64,000 nt of DNA from Leucoraja ocellata (taxonomy: Eukaryota): NCBI GenBank assembly GCA_036785375.1, contig JAWMAR010000531.1, positions 992,001-1,056,000 of the forward strand, read 5' to 3'. Each line of letters begins with the position of its first letter. Positions within the stretch are counted from its first letter, which is position 1. Both the position numbers and the translations under genes were made by a program. Shown in pieces: positions 1 to 11,850 of the stretch. The notes beneath the pieces were generated by a model. The model was given only the letters and a program-made list of their open reading frames with translations. It was not told where the DNA came from and did not search any database.

Positions 1-190
1 TAAAGCAAAGATAGACACAAAGATCTGGAGTAAATCAGCGGGTCAGAAAGCATCTCTGGAGAAAAGGAATCGGTGACGTTTTGGGGCGAGACCCTTCTTC
101 AGACTGTTTGAAGAAAGGTCTCGATCCGAAATGTCACCTATTCATTTTTTCCAGAGATGCTGTCTGACCCGTTAATTTACTCCAGCTTTA
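1..190. mobile_element. Foldback Penelope-derived element (family also at about 1865-2065, 14545-14765, 28330-28775, 32487-32700, 44930-45120, 58020-58190, 60190-60320)
   Basis: Inverted arms CTGGAGTAACTCAGCGGG..GCATCTCTGGA around CTGAAGAAGGGTCTCGACCCGAAACGTC motifs. Confidence 0.65.
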
Positions 191-590
191 TAGAAACATA
201 GAAACATAGAAACTTAGAAAATAGGTGCAGGGGTAGGCCATTCGGCCCTTCGAGCCTGCACCGCTATTCAATATGATCATGGCTGCTCATCCAACTCAGT
301 ATCCTGCACCAGCCTTCTCTCCATACCCCCTGATCCCTTTAGCCACAAGGGCCACATCTAACTCCCTCTTACATATAGCCAATGAACTGGCCTCAACTAC
401 CTTCTGTGGCAGAGAATTTCAGAGATTCCAGAGATGTGTGAAAACATGTTTTCCTCATCTCAGTCCCAAAAGATTTCCCCCCCCTTTCCTTAAACTGTGT
501 CCCCCTGTGCTGGACCTCCCAAACGTCGGGAACAATCTTCCTGCATCTAGCCTGTCCAACCCCCTAAGAATGTTGTAAGTTTCAGCCATG
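191..590 (-). mobile_element. CR1 LINE 3' fragment
   Basis: (TTTCTATG)n tail and CR1 3' end; absent from the paralogous site near 14760. Confidence 0.85.
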
Positions 591-1029
591 ATCTCATTAT
601 GTGTCTTATCTTTTCTAAATGATCCGGATTGTATGCATTTTTGGCTGATTCGAATAAATGGTCACATATCTGCAATTGCTCATCTCATGGTTAGTTATTT
701 TGGAAATTCCTCTAAATCTGTAAATACTGAGCCTACTTTCACTCGAAAAAATGGTCAATTAAAACGCCTTGACTATGCCCCTCATTCAAATCACCATTAT
801 ACCTTCCCTGTTCAAAGGGACCAATTCCGGTTATTCTCGAGCTGCCATTATCATGCCCATTTTCTTCCCAATTTCTTCTGCGGCTTGTAATGAAGGAGCC
901 AAAAACAAAGATTTGAGTGTTCCCGGCCTTGCCTTTTCCTTCCGTTCCCGTAGTGTCCTGGTTATCCATTGTGAGCTCCACCTTTCCCTGGTCATCGATA
1001 TCGGGTCTCATTTGTTCTGAATCTTTTCA

Positions 1030-1240
1030 TAGAGACATAGAAACATAGAAAGTAGGCGCAGAAGGAGGCCATTCGGCCCTTCGAGCCAGCACCGCCATTC
1101 AATGAGATCATGGCTGATCGTCCCCAATCAATAACCCGTGCCTGCCTTCTGCCCATATCCCTTGATTCCACTAGCCTCTAGAGCTCTAACTCTCTCTTAA
1201 ATCCATCCAGTGATTTGGCCTCCACTGCCCTCTGTGGCAG
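1030..1240 (-). mobile_element. CR1 3' end
   Basis: Octamer tail and CR1 3'UTR; same position as 15200 in the paralog. Confidence 0.8.
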
Positions 1241-2375
1241 GTACTGACCCAAAAGGCCGCATTTTCTCCTGTCTCGTAATGTCATTACAATATTTTACCG
1301 TTGCCTTTCGAAGATGTGTATGTGTGAGCGCCAGGACCGGCGAGAAAATCATGAACTTACACTCATGCCATGTATAAATGCTGTCGGCCCTCTCTCGCTC
1401 ATCATCCGCGTGAATGCTGTTAAACACGATGTCAGTGTCATAACTTCAGATCTATCCACGATGGCCCACAATGTCTGTGCGAACCTAATGCCAATGTCAT
1501 CTGCCTGCCATATATAATGTCTATATCCCTCCATTCCCTATCTGTTCACGTGTTTGCCTAAATGCCTCTTGAACCTTGCTGGGTATCTACTTACACCGCT
1601 TCTTCTAGCAAAGCGTTGCACACTTTCTGTTTAAAAAAGACATGCAAAGTGTGCCCCCTTCAAACGTCCCCTCGCCTACTTTAATAAACTATATTATATA
1701 ATACTTCGGCCCTGGACTCCTAAGTAAAGCGACTTATCTTCACTAAGGGTATTAGAGCAATAGATAGGGATATGAAATCGATGCAGTTTCTGGCCAACAA
1801 CACATTAATCCCCAAAATAAATCAATGGATAGGGATTCAATAAACCGACAGTGTTAGTTAACGTGTAGAAAGGAACTGCAGATGCTGGTTTAAATCGAAG
1901 ATCGATACAAAATGCTCGAGTAACGCAGCGGGACAGGAAACGTCTCTAGATAGAAGGAAAGGGTGACGTTTCGGGTCTGAAGCAGGGTCTCGACCGGAAA
2001 GGTCACAAATTCCTTCTGTCCAGAGATGTTGCCTGTCCCGCTGAGTCACTCCAGCATGTTGTATCTAATGTTGGTTAAGGTCTGTTTCGTTTTGGAGAAC
2101 TCGGAAAATTGCTGAAAATGCTGAAACCTCCAGGGTGGTTATCTTCGGTTTGCTTCCAGTTCCTCGTGCTGGCGAGAGCAGGAACAGGGAGATACGGGAC
2201 CTGAATGTATGGCTGAGGAACTGGTGCAGGGGCAGGGATTTAGATTCTTAGACCACTGAGCAGTGTTTTGGAGTAAGGGGGAACTGTACAAAAGGGACGG
2301 ATTGGACTTTAACAGACGGGGAACCAGCATTCTGCAGGCAGGTTTTCCACTGCTATACACGTGGTTTTAAATTAA

Positions 2376-4262
2376 ACTAGAGGAAGGGGGGGGGGGGGGG
2401 GGGGGTGTGGAGAAGGATTTTATTTAAAATTTGTACATAAACACGACGAAATTTAATCAGGAGTGGTACTTGGAATGAAAAATGAAATCTCTACCGAAAT
2501 GAAAACATTCTGGGCATTTGTGGGTCTGGTGTTGTAGCAACGAATCAAAGGCTGGCACCCACAGGCTGGGAACCGCAGGTCAGGCAGAAACACAGCCAGC
2601 CAGCAGCCAGCCACAGAGTTTTAATATTATACTAGACCAAGTGTTTCCCCAACGCGCGTTTGCGGGTGAAGAGGGGGGAGAGGGGGCTGGGGCATCACAC
2701 TCACACTAACCACCCCCCAAACGCACAGGTGGGGGGGGGGGAGGGAGGGGGACAGGGGGAGACGGGGTGGGGAGAGGGGGTGGGTTAGAAGAGGGGAGGG
2801 AGGGGAGGGAGGGGAGGGAGGGGAGAGGGGGAGGAGGAAACGGGAGAGATTTGGGAGGGAGAGGAGAGCGGGGTAGGGGGAGAGAGAGGGGGATGGGAAG
2901 GGGGAGGAGAGTGGGGAGTGGGAGGAGAGCGGGGAGGTCAGGAAGGGGGGGGGGGGTAGGGGTTGGGAGAGGGGTAGTGGGGATTGGTGCAAGAGAGAGG
3001 GGAAGGGGGTGGGGGGAGATGGGGGTGAAGAGAAGTGAGGATGAGGTGGAGGGGAGGAGGGAGAGGGTGTGGAGAGAGGGTGGGAGGGGAGGAGGAGAGT
3101 GGGGTGGGGGAGGGGATGAGAGACGGGTGGGGGAGGGGGAGAGAGGGGTGGGGGAAGGGGAGAGAGGGAGGAGGAGGGAGGAGGGGGAGGAGGGAGGGGA
3201 AGGAGGAGGGAGAGGGGAAGAGTGTGGAGGGAGGGGGAGAGTGGTAGGAGGGGGCGGGGGAACAGTGGAATGGGAGGGGGAGAGGGTAGGGGAGAGAGAG
3301 GGGGAATAGTGCTGAGGGAGGGGGAGGATAAGAGGGCGGTAGAGGGGCAGACGGGTAGGGAGAGTGGTGGAAGAGGCAGAGGTGGGTGGGGGGAGAGGTG
3401 GGGGAGAGAGGGGTGGGGTTGGCGTTGGAGGGGATGAGGTAGAGCGGTGAGGAGAGAGGGAGAGGGGAGAGAGGGGGAAAGGGAGGAGGAGAGGGGTGTG
3501 GGAGGGGGTGAGAGAGGGTGGGGGGGAGAGGGGGTAGATGCTGGGGGAGGCGGAGAGAGGAGAGAGGGAGGGTAGAATGGAGGGGAGGGAGGAGGGAGAC
3601 GTGGAAGAGTGTGGAGGGAGGGGGAGAAGGGTAGGGGGTAGAGAGGGGGGGAGTGTGGAGGGAGGGGGAGAACGGAGAGAGGGGGAAGAGTGGGGAGGGA
3701 GACAGAAGGGAGGGGGAGAGAGATGGGTGGGGGAGGGAGATGGGGACGAGTGTGGGATGGGGGGTGGGGGTGAGATAAATGTAAGACTGGGGAGGGAGGG
3801 GAGGAGGGAGATGGGGTAGGGGAGGGAGGGCGAAGAGTATGGAGTGAGGGGGAGAGGGGTGGGGGGAGAGAGGGGAAATAGTGGGGAGGGAGTGTGGAAG
3901 GGGGAGGGTAGGGAAGTCCATCTGATCCCCATTCCCTATCACCCCCAATCCTCTTTCTCTATTCCCACACACATGATGACGCGCTTCGCCACAGGCTGCG
4001 GGGGTGGGTGGAGGGGCTGGGGCTGCTGCAAAGGCATATGTAAATTGATCATTTCTGATTGGACATCCGTGAACATTGGGAATTGTGACATCACACGATG
4101 GAACGTTCAACAACATTCTATGGGTGAGAGCTGTTTTTTTTATTTGGTGGGTTGGGGGGAGAAGGATTGCATTAAAAATGTGTTCATAAACACGACGAAA
4201 TTTATGGAGTGGATACTTGGAATGAAAAGTGAAATCTCTACCGAAATGGAAAAAATCTAGGC
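2376..4262 (-). mobile_element. Two tandem Helitron-like non-autonomous elements; the second carries a G-rich expansion
   Basis: Minus strand starts TATAATATTAAAACTCT-(GGCT)n and ends CTAG at 2377 and 2632; block 2421-2510 recurs at about 4165-4258. Confidence 0.45.
2728..3912. repeat. 1.2-kb G/A-rich low-complexity tract
   Basis: Strongly purine- and G-run-dominated on the + strand. Confidence 0.95.
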
Positions 4263-5286
4263 GCACTGGTGATCATTTTCCAATGTTCAATAGATTGAGG
4301 ATCTGTTCCTGTGGATTGGAGGATAGCTAATGTTTTCCAACTTTTCAAGAAAGGAGTGAGAGAGAAAACGGGGAATTACAGACCAGTTAGCCTGACTTCG
4401 GTGGTGGGAAAGATGCTGGAGTCAATTATTAAATATGTAATAATGGGGCATTTGGATAGCAGTAAAAGGATTAGTCCAAGTCAACATGGATTTATGAAAG
4501 GGAAGTCATGCTTGACTAATCTTCTGGAATTTTTTGAGGATATGACAAGTAAAATCGATCAAGGGGAGCCAGTGGATTTAGTATATCTAGACATTCAGAA
4601 AGCCGTTGTTAATGACACAAAGCTGGGTGGCAGTGCGAACTGTGAAGAGGATGTTAGGTGGTTGCAGGGTGACCTGGACAGGTTGAGTGAGTGGGCAGAT
4701 GCGTGGCAGATTTCACTATAGGAGTAAAGAGGTACTTCTGCAGTTGTATAGGGCTCTGGTAAGACCACATCTGGAGTATTGCGTACAGTTTTGGTCTCCT
4801 AATCTGAGGAAGGACATCCTTGTGATAGAAGCAATGCAGCGTAGGTTCACGAGATTGATCCCTGGGATGGCGGGACTGTCCTATGACGAAATATTGAAAA
4901 GACTAGACTTGTATTCGCTGGCGTTTAGAAGGATGAGGGGGTATCTTATGGAAACATATAAAATTATAAAAAGGACTGCACAAGCCAGATGCAGGACAAA
5001 AGTTCCCAATGCTGGGCGAGTCCAGAACCAGGGGCCACAGTCTTCGAGGCCATTTAAGACTGAGGTGAGAAAAAACGTTTTCACCCAGAGAGTTGTGAAT
5101 TTGTGGAATTCCCTGCCACAGAGGGCAGTGGAGGCCAAATCACTGGAGTCAAGGGATATGGGGAGAAGGCAGGCACGTGTTATTGATTGGGGACGATCAG
5201 TTAAGATCGCAATGAATGGCGGTGCTGGCTCGAAGGGCCGAATGGCCTCCTTCTGCACATATTTTCTATGTTTCTATGTTTCTATG
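4262..5286 (+). mobile_element. CR1 ORF2 fragment with internal deletions
   Basis: WRIANV..LFKKG..NYRPVSLTSVVGK; LVRPHLEYCVQFWSP; (TTTCTATG)n tail. Confidence 0.9.
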
Positions 5287-5539
5287 AAAAGATTCAGACC
5301 AAATGAGACCCGAAATCGACGATCAGGGAAAGGTGGAACACACAATGAACAACCAGAACACTGAGGGAAGGGGAGAAAAAGGCAATGCCGGGAAGACTCA
5401 AATGTCTGCTGTTGGCTCCGTCAGAAAAATTACAAGCCGCAGAAGAAATTGGGCATGATCATGGCAGCTCGAAAGTAATCGGAATTGGTTCCTTTGAACA
5501 GGGAAGGTATAATGGCGATTTGAATGAGGGACATAGTCC

Positions 5540-6050
5540 GCTCACCCAACCTATATCCAAGTCACCCTACAGCCCCATACCACCTTCCTCATACCTCACA
5601 CTGTCACCCAGCTTTGTGTCATCCGCAAACTTGGAAATGTTACTTTTAATTCCCTAATCAAGATCGTTATTATACATTGTAAATAACTGGGGATCCAGCA
5701 CTGAGCCTTGCGACACCCCACTAGTCACTACCTGCCATTCTGAAAATGATCCATTAATTCCTTCTCTTTCCTTCCTGCCAGACAACCAGTTCCTTATCCA
5801 TGTAAATACCCTACTCCCAATACCATGTGCTCTAATTTTGCACACTAATCTCTTGTGTGGGACCTTGTCAAATGATTTTTGAAAGTCCAGATACAACACA
5901 CCATCTGGCTCTCCCTTTTCCATTCGACTTGATAGATCCTCAAATGTTTCCGGAAGATTAGTCAAGCATGATTTCCCCTTCATAAATCAACACTGACGTT
6001 GTCCGATCCCTTCATTGCTTTCCAAATACGCTGCAATTACATCTTTAATA
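5540..6050 (-). mobile_element. CR1 RT fragment
   Basis: GKSCLTNL, YLDFQKSFDKVPH, QGSVL motifs. Confidence 0.85.
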
Positions 6051-7084
6051 ATTTAATAATATTAAATTCCGGATTGACAGATTCTTGATTGGTTATGGGT
6101 GACAGGGGGTACGGAAATAAGACATTTGAATGGGGTAGAGAGGTTAAGTTGGATCAGCCATTATTGAATGGTGGAGCAATCTTGATGGGCCGAATGGCCT
6201 AATTCTGCTCCTAGAACAATGAATTTATGAACATGAATTATGCGTCTGGTTCTTGAATGCCTTGGAGACCATTTTGTTGAGGCTATACAATATGATTAGA
6301 ATGGATTATGTTGACGGCACAGACTGTGGGCTTGTTGCACTTGTGGCAAAGAGAGACAAAGGATGGGATTATGTCATTAAAATAAAAACTTAATCCTGTA
6401 CAATGTCGGACTTCTTGAAGGTTTTCGGAGCTGAGGTCATCACGACATGTGGCGAGGAAGTGATCACAGCCATTTTGCTATTTTTGATGCATTATCAGAG
6501 TCTTGAGAATTTGGTATTGAGTGGGGAACTGGAATGAGATGGAATGGAGATAGATTATTTTGGTTCCAACACGATCTTTATTATAGAAAATACGAGAAAA
6601 TACTCATATAGCAGGAAATCGCACTCCTTTCTGCTCGTTAAGCCTGAATAATAAGAAGTCACATGAATTTCTCCTCTTCCAGATTCCCGTTTGCTATAGC
6701 TGGCCTGGAGAACTCGAAAGTCCTTGCACATTTCTGGGTCTAATGTGCAATCTTTCTCTGTGTCTCTTGAAGATGATTTCCGTGAGCTGGATCGAAACAT
6801 TCATTTATACAATGAATAAATCTGATCTCGAAACAAAAGTAAATTCAGTTTTAAAACTAGTTGTTCTTCTTTGTACTCAAGTAACAGTAAGCTAGTTATT
6901 AAAGCAAGGGCCGAGCTAATCTCGGATGTCTCTCAGAATGAAATTAAGATATCCCAATAGACATCTGGAAGTGCAGCGGGGTCAACACTGTTTTGTTCGT
7001 ACACCTTGACCTCTTTCTTGACTGTTCAACTTTAAACAATCCTTCGTCAATGCACTCTGCTCAATCTTTGACATGGCATTGACA

Positions 7085-8185
7085 TGGGTAGAGGGTTGGT
7101 TTGGAAACAGGAAACAAAGAGTAGGAATAAACGGGTCCCTGCCAGAATGGCCGGCAGAGGCGAGTGGAGTGCCGCAAGGCTCAGTGTTGGGGCCGCAACT
7201 ATTTACAATATATATATTAATGATTTAGATGATGAGATTAAAAGTAACACTAGCAAATTTGCAGATGACACAAAGTTGGGTGGCATTGTGAACGGCGAAG
7301 AGGATGCTAGGAGGTTGCAGGGTGACTTGGACAGGTTGAGTAAGTGGGCAGATGCAAGGCAGATGCAGTATAATGTAAACAATTGTGAGTTTATCCATTT
7401 TAGTGGCAAGAACAAGGAGGCAAATTTCAATCGAATCTCAATGGTGTCAGATTAGGAAAAATGGAAGTGCAGCGAGACCTGAGTGTCCATGTACACCAGT
7501 CAATTAAAGAAAACATGCAGATACAGCAGGCAGTGAAGAAAGCTAATGAGGCGTTGGCCTTCATAACGAGCGGTTTTGAGTAGAGGATTAAAGAGATCCT
7601 TCTGCAGTTGTACAAGGCCCTGGTAAGACCACATCTCGTGCATTGTGTGCAGTTTCGGTCTCCTAATTTGAGGAAGGACATCCTTGCTATTGAGGCAGTG
7701 CAGCGTAGGTTTAAGAGGTTAATCCCTGGGATGGCGGGAATCTCATATGAGGAAAGATTGGAAAAATAGGGCTTGTATTCACTGGTATTTAGAAGGATGA
7801 GGGGGCATCTTATAGAAACGTATACAATTATAAAAGAACTGACAAGCTAGTCGCAGGAAAAATGTTCCTAATGATGGGGGAGCCCGCAACCAGAGGCCAC
7901 AATCTAAGAATAAAGTGGAGGCCATTTAAAATTGAGAGGAGAAACATTTTTCACCCAGACAGTTGTGTATTTGTGGAATACTCTGCCACAGAAGGCCATA
8001 AAAGCCAATTCACTGGACGAATTTAAAAGTTAGATAGAGCTCTCGGGGCTAGCGGAATCAATGGTTATGGGGAGAACGCAGGCACGGGTTACTGATTGTG
8101 GATGATCAGCCATGATCACAATGAATAGCGGTGCTGGCTTAAAGGGCCAAATGGCCTCCTTCTGCACCTATTTTCTATGTTTCTA
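7085..8185 (+). mobile_element. CR1 3' half (shared with the cluster 3 upstream region)
   Basis: KFADDTK motif and octamer tail; inverted paralog at 51325-52725. Confidence 0.9.
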
Positions 8186-8334
8186 TCTAACTTGGACACA
8201 TCTAATTCATCAACGTTATTCATTTGTATGATGATTGAGTCTTTGGAAACGCAGTATTTATTGCCTATCCAAAAGTGGGAACACAGAGACACAAGGAACT
8301 GCGGATGATAAAACACGAAGTGCTGGAGTAACAC

Positions 8335-10250
8335 GGGGTGTGCCTCAGGGTTCGGTGCTGGGCCCGTTAATGATTGTCATCTATATCAATGATTTGAATG
8401 GGATCATACTTAGTAAGATTAGCAAGTTTGCAGATGATACAAACGTGGAAGGTTTTGCAGATAGTAGAGATGGTTGTGGAAAAAGTGCAGCAGGGTCTGG
8501 ATCAATTGGCCAGGTAGGCTGAGGAATGGTTGATGGAATTTAATGCAGAGAAATGTGAAGTGTTGCATTTTGGGAATTCTAACATAGGCAGGACCTGCGC
8601 AGTCGACGGTAGATCGGGTGGTCAAAAAAGCTTTTGGCACATTGGCCTTCATCAGCCCGTGTAATGAGTATAGAGGTTGGGAGGTCTTGTTGCAGATGTA
8701 TAAGACGTTGGTGACGCCGCATTTAGAGTATTGAATTCAGTCTGGGCACCCGTCTAGGAAAGATTTCAACAAGCTGGAAATGGTACAGAGAAGATTTACG
8801 AGGATGTTGCCATGACTAGATGGTGTGAGGTATAGGGAGGGGTTGAGTAGGCCTGGACTCTATTCGTTGGAGCGCAGAAGTTGAAGGGAAACCTCATAGA
8901 GGTGTATAGGGTCGTGAGAGGAATAGATCGGGTGGATGTATAGTCCCTTGCCCATGGGAGGACCGGGTTCATGGTGACGGGCAAAGAATTAATAGGAATC
9001 TGAGGGGTTCCTATTCAATGTGTGCAAGACACGCTTTGATACAATTCAAGGTGGTTCACAGAGCTCATATGTCAAAAGATAAGTTAACTCGTTTTTATGG
9101 TCATATGAATCCTACCTGTGACAGATGTAAATCTGAAGTGGCCTCAATGACCCATATGTTTTGGTCCTGCCCTTCTTTGGAAAAATATTGGAAATAATGT
9201 TTTGTTACTATTTCTGTAGTCTTAGGCATAGGTTTACAAACTGGAATTACTGCAATTTTTGGGCTGCCAATGTTAGATTCTAATCATTTGTCCCGCTCCG
9301 CCCATCGGTTGATTGCTTTTACCACATTAATCGCCAGAAGATCTATTTTATTCAAATGGAAAGACTCCTAACCCTCCGACCACACTCCAGTGGTATTCGG
9401 AAACGATATAATGTTTAAATTTTGAAAAAATCAGCAGTGACACTGTTGAACCCTTGGTTAAATTTGATAAGACTTGGGTAAAATGTATTGAACATTTTCA
9501 TACACCATAAATTGCTCCCTCTTTAACCGTTATAAAAAATATTTTATCTCTATTGGGTGGAACAGACATGACGACAAACAGACTTACATTGTTGAAATTC
9601 TCAGTTCAGATTCGGGTTTGCTTTGCTTTGTTAAACTATTTTATTTTTATGCGTATTTTATTATTATTATTATTATTATTATCAAATTTTCTCTTTTTTT
9701 TCTTTCTTTAGTTTAGGGGGTCTTTTTTTTGTCTATTTCTTTTTGTGCTTTTTTTTTACATTTATAAGTTTCCTTTTAAAGATTTAACTATATTAACATA
9801 GAGACCTGGAGGTCTAGATTCATTGTGTATTTTGACATTGGTCTCATATCAGGTTATATCTGTTATTAATGTAATCCTGATCCCTATGTATCAATACCAT
9901 TGTTATGTTTATCATTATTCTTTTTGTTCTGTTTTTTATGTTTTATTTTTGCTTTTTTTGGAAAGAAAACAATAAAAAGATTTGTTTTTAAATAGAAAGG
10001 AATATGAGGGGCAACTTTTTCCCACAGAGGGTGGTGGGATTATGGAACAAGCAGCCAGAGGAGATAGTTGTGCCAGGGACTATCCCGACGTTTAAAAACC
10101 AGTTAGACAGGTAAATGGATATGACAGATTTGGAGGGATATGGACCCAATACGGGCAGGTGGGACTAGTGTAGATGGGTCGGTGGTCGATGTGTGAAAGT
10201 TGGGCCGAAGGGCCTGTTTCCACACTCTATGACTGACTCTCTTTGACTCT
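8335..10250 (+). mobile_element. CR1 fragment interrupted by the L1 at 9008-9997
   Basis: [16 protein letters not shown]; tail gactctatg; uninterrupted paralog at 50255-51165. Confidence 0.85.
9008..9997 (+). mobile_element. 5'-truncated L1 inserted into a CR1
   Basis: ORF2 C-terminus CARHALIQFKVVHR...CDRCKS...THMFWSCP; T-rich 3'UTR; AATAAA; 14-bp TSD aggaat(c/a)tgagggg at 8994-9007 and 9998-10011; empty site in the paralog near 50490-50510. Confidence 0.85.
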
Positions 10251-11177
10251 ATGGGGCATCATGTAGCATCTGCGGATCGGCATTTGCGGTGGTAATAATG
10301 AACAGCCACGAGCCAGTGCAATCTTTCGCGTGTTCACGTTGCAAAGTTTCTCCCTTGTCAGTTTTGCCCGTGCCCGTGCTGGAGTGCCCGTGTTCCATTC
10401 AACTTTAATTGACTATGGATGTGCTGTATATAGAATTCCTGTCTTCCTTCAAAGCCGAGAGAACTCTGGAAGTAGGCGGTGAGAGCCAATATGACCCCTT
10501 TTACTTCACTCATATGTGCATTAATTTGGTCAGGCGACCTTTACACTTTGAGTCGTGAATTACTGCGCATTACAACAGGATAGTATCACAGACCACTTTT
10601 ACAAGCACGACACACGTCGGGTAGTCAAAATAGCCCCCCAAAACGGCTACTTTACTGACATTTGTAGTGATGTTCTGTCCCCTCAGGTCTTTTCTAAATG
10701 ATCTGATACACAAGTAGAAGGGCAGCCTGTGGGGTTTATCATTTCTAAAATGACAAAGATATCTAAATATAGATTTAATGTGCGTTTTAATAAAACAGTG
10801 CTGATGCTGTGACTGTGATCATGTTATGTTCAGCGATACGGAGGTAGACAAAAATGCTGGAGAAACTCAGCGGGTGAGGGAGCGAAGGAAATCAGCGATA
10901 CTGATTCAGTTGGTCCGTTTAGATAAAATATTTCTATTCCGTTTTCATTGTTGATTAAACAGTTACCGAATATAATATTTAAAACTCGCAATCTGTTTAG
11001 TGTATATCTGCGGGGGGTTCATACAGAACATTATAGATTGTTTGTTTATAAAGAAGGGACAACTGTGACAATCCTTTTCTTTCTGCTGGATGTATGAAGC
11101 TTTTTAGAAACACAAGTCTCTAAAATAAGACCTGCGTGTTTCACAAGGGCGAATATTTTGAGGAAGAATCTGGCAAT

Positions 11178-11262
11178 TTCTGATTGGCTTCGACGAGCAT
11201 ACCGGTTTGATTGGTTTGGGTAATTAAACACACGGTGACATATCGTCATTCCATTTATAAAG
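11178..11262 (+). promoter_or_regulatory. Cluster 1 promoter: two inverted CCAAT boxes, CRE half-site, TATA box
   Basis: ATTGG at 11183 and 11210, CGTCA at 11244, TATAAA at 11256; same arrangement upstream of clusters 2 and 3. Confidence 0.7.
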
Positions 11263-11337
11263 AGAGCCAGAGAGCAAGATTACACGCCACTTGAACTGGA
11301 AACTGCCGCCCCATCGGAGCTCAGTCGGTTAATGAAC

Positions 11338-11386
11338 ATGTCTTATTGGATCCGTGTGGTCGGTGCGTTGGTGTTTTGCGCAGTTT
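11338..11386 (+). CDS. IGLV: IgL cluster 1 leader exon (MSYWIRVVGALVFCAV-)
   Basis: 49-nt hydrophobic signal-peptide exon ending in phase-1 donor T|GTGAGT; in-frame upstream ATG at 11332; near-identical to the cluster 3 leader. Confidence 0.92.
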
Positions 11387-11505
11387 GTGAGTATTTTACT
11401 TTCCTGGATATTATACTTATTTCTGTTCACCATTAATTTTGGATTAACTCCCACACTTCAACAAACTTAATATTTTCTTTTTTTCTGATATTTCTCCTTT
11501 CTCAG

Positions 11506-11850
11506 ACTTAAGTGCGGCTATTACAGTAACTCAGCCGCCTTCGATGTCCACCTCTACGGGACAGAACATTCAAATACCCTGCACCATATCGGATACCAGT
11601 ACAGGCGCTAACTATGTCTCGTGGTACCAACAGATTCCTGGCAAAACTCCCAAGTATCTATTCGTCCATACTACCGGCGGCACCATTTATAAAGGCACGG
11701 ATATTCCAGACCGTTTTTCCATCTCGGTGTCAGGCAGCTCTGTAACATTCGCAATATCTAGCGTTCAATCGGTGGATGCTGCTGACTATTACTGTGCCAA
11801 AGCATATAATGGTTTATATTTCGGTAAAGGAACGAGGCTGGGTATTGGCG
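11506..11850 (+). CDS. IGLV: IgL cluster 1 germline-joined VJ exon (lambda-like)
   Basis: Acceptor ttctcag|AC; ITVTQPPSMS...C...WYQQ...DAADYYC-AKAYNGLY-FGKGTRLGIG; donor G|GTAAGT; V and J contiguous and in frame, no RSS. Confidence 0.96.

Noticed and set aside
739-1011. Recurrent MRPDIDD.. ORF (also near 5300, 14980, 27900)
   Set aside because: Frames and stops are not conserved among copies; it is duplicated non-coding flank
2728-3912. Ig class-switch-like region
   Set aside because: Not inside an Ig transcription unit, lacks AGCT-rich repeat units, and light chains do not switch
2627-4266. Long Pro/Ser-rich and Gly/Arg/Glu-rich ORFs (up to 442 aa)
   Set aside because: By-products of the low-complexity G/A tract; open in several frames on both strands with no domain signature
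11790-11796. Embedded heptamer TACTGTG (cryptic RSS) in V1-V3 as a route to V replacement
   Set aside because: It follows from YYC codon usage; I saw no nonamer, it is absent in V4, and no RSS-bearing donor V is in the window
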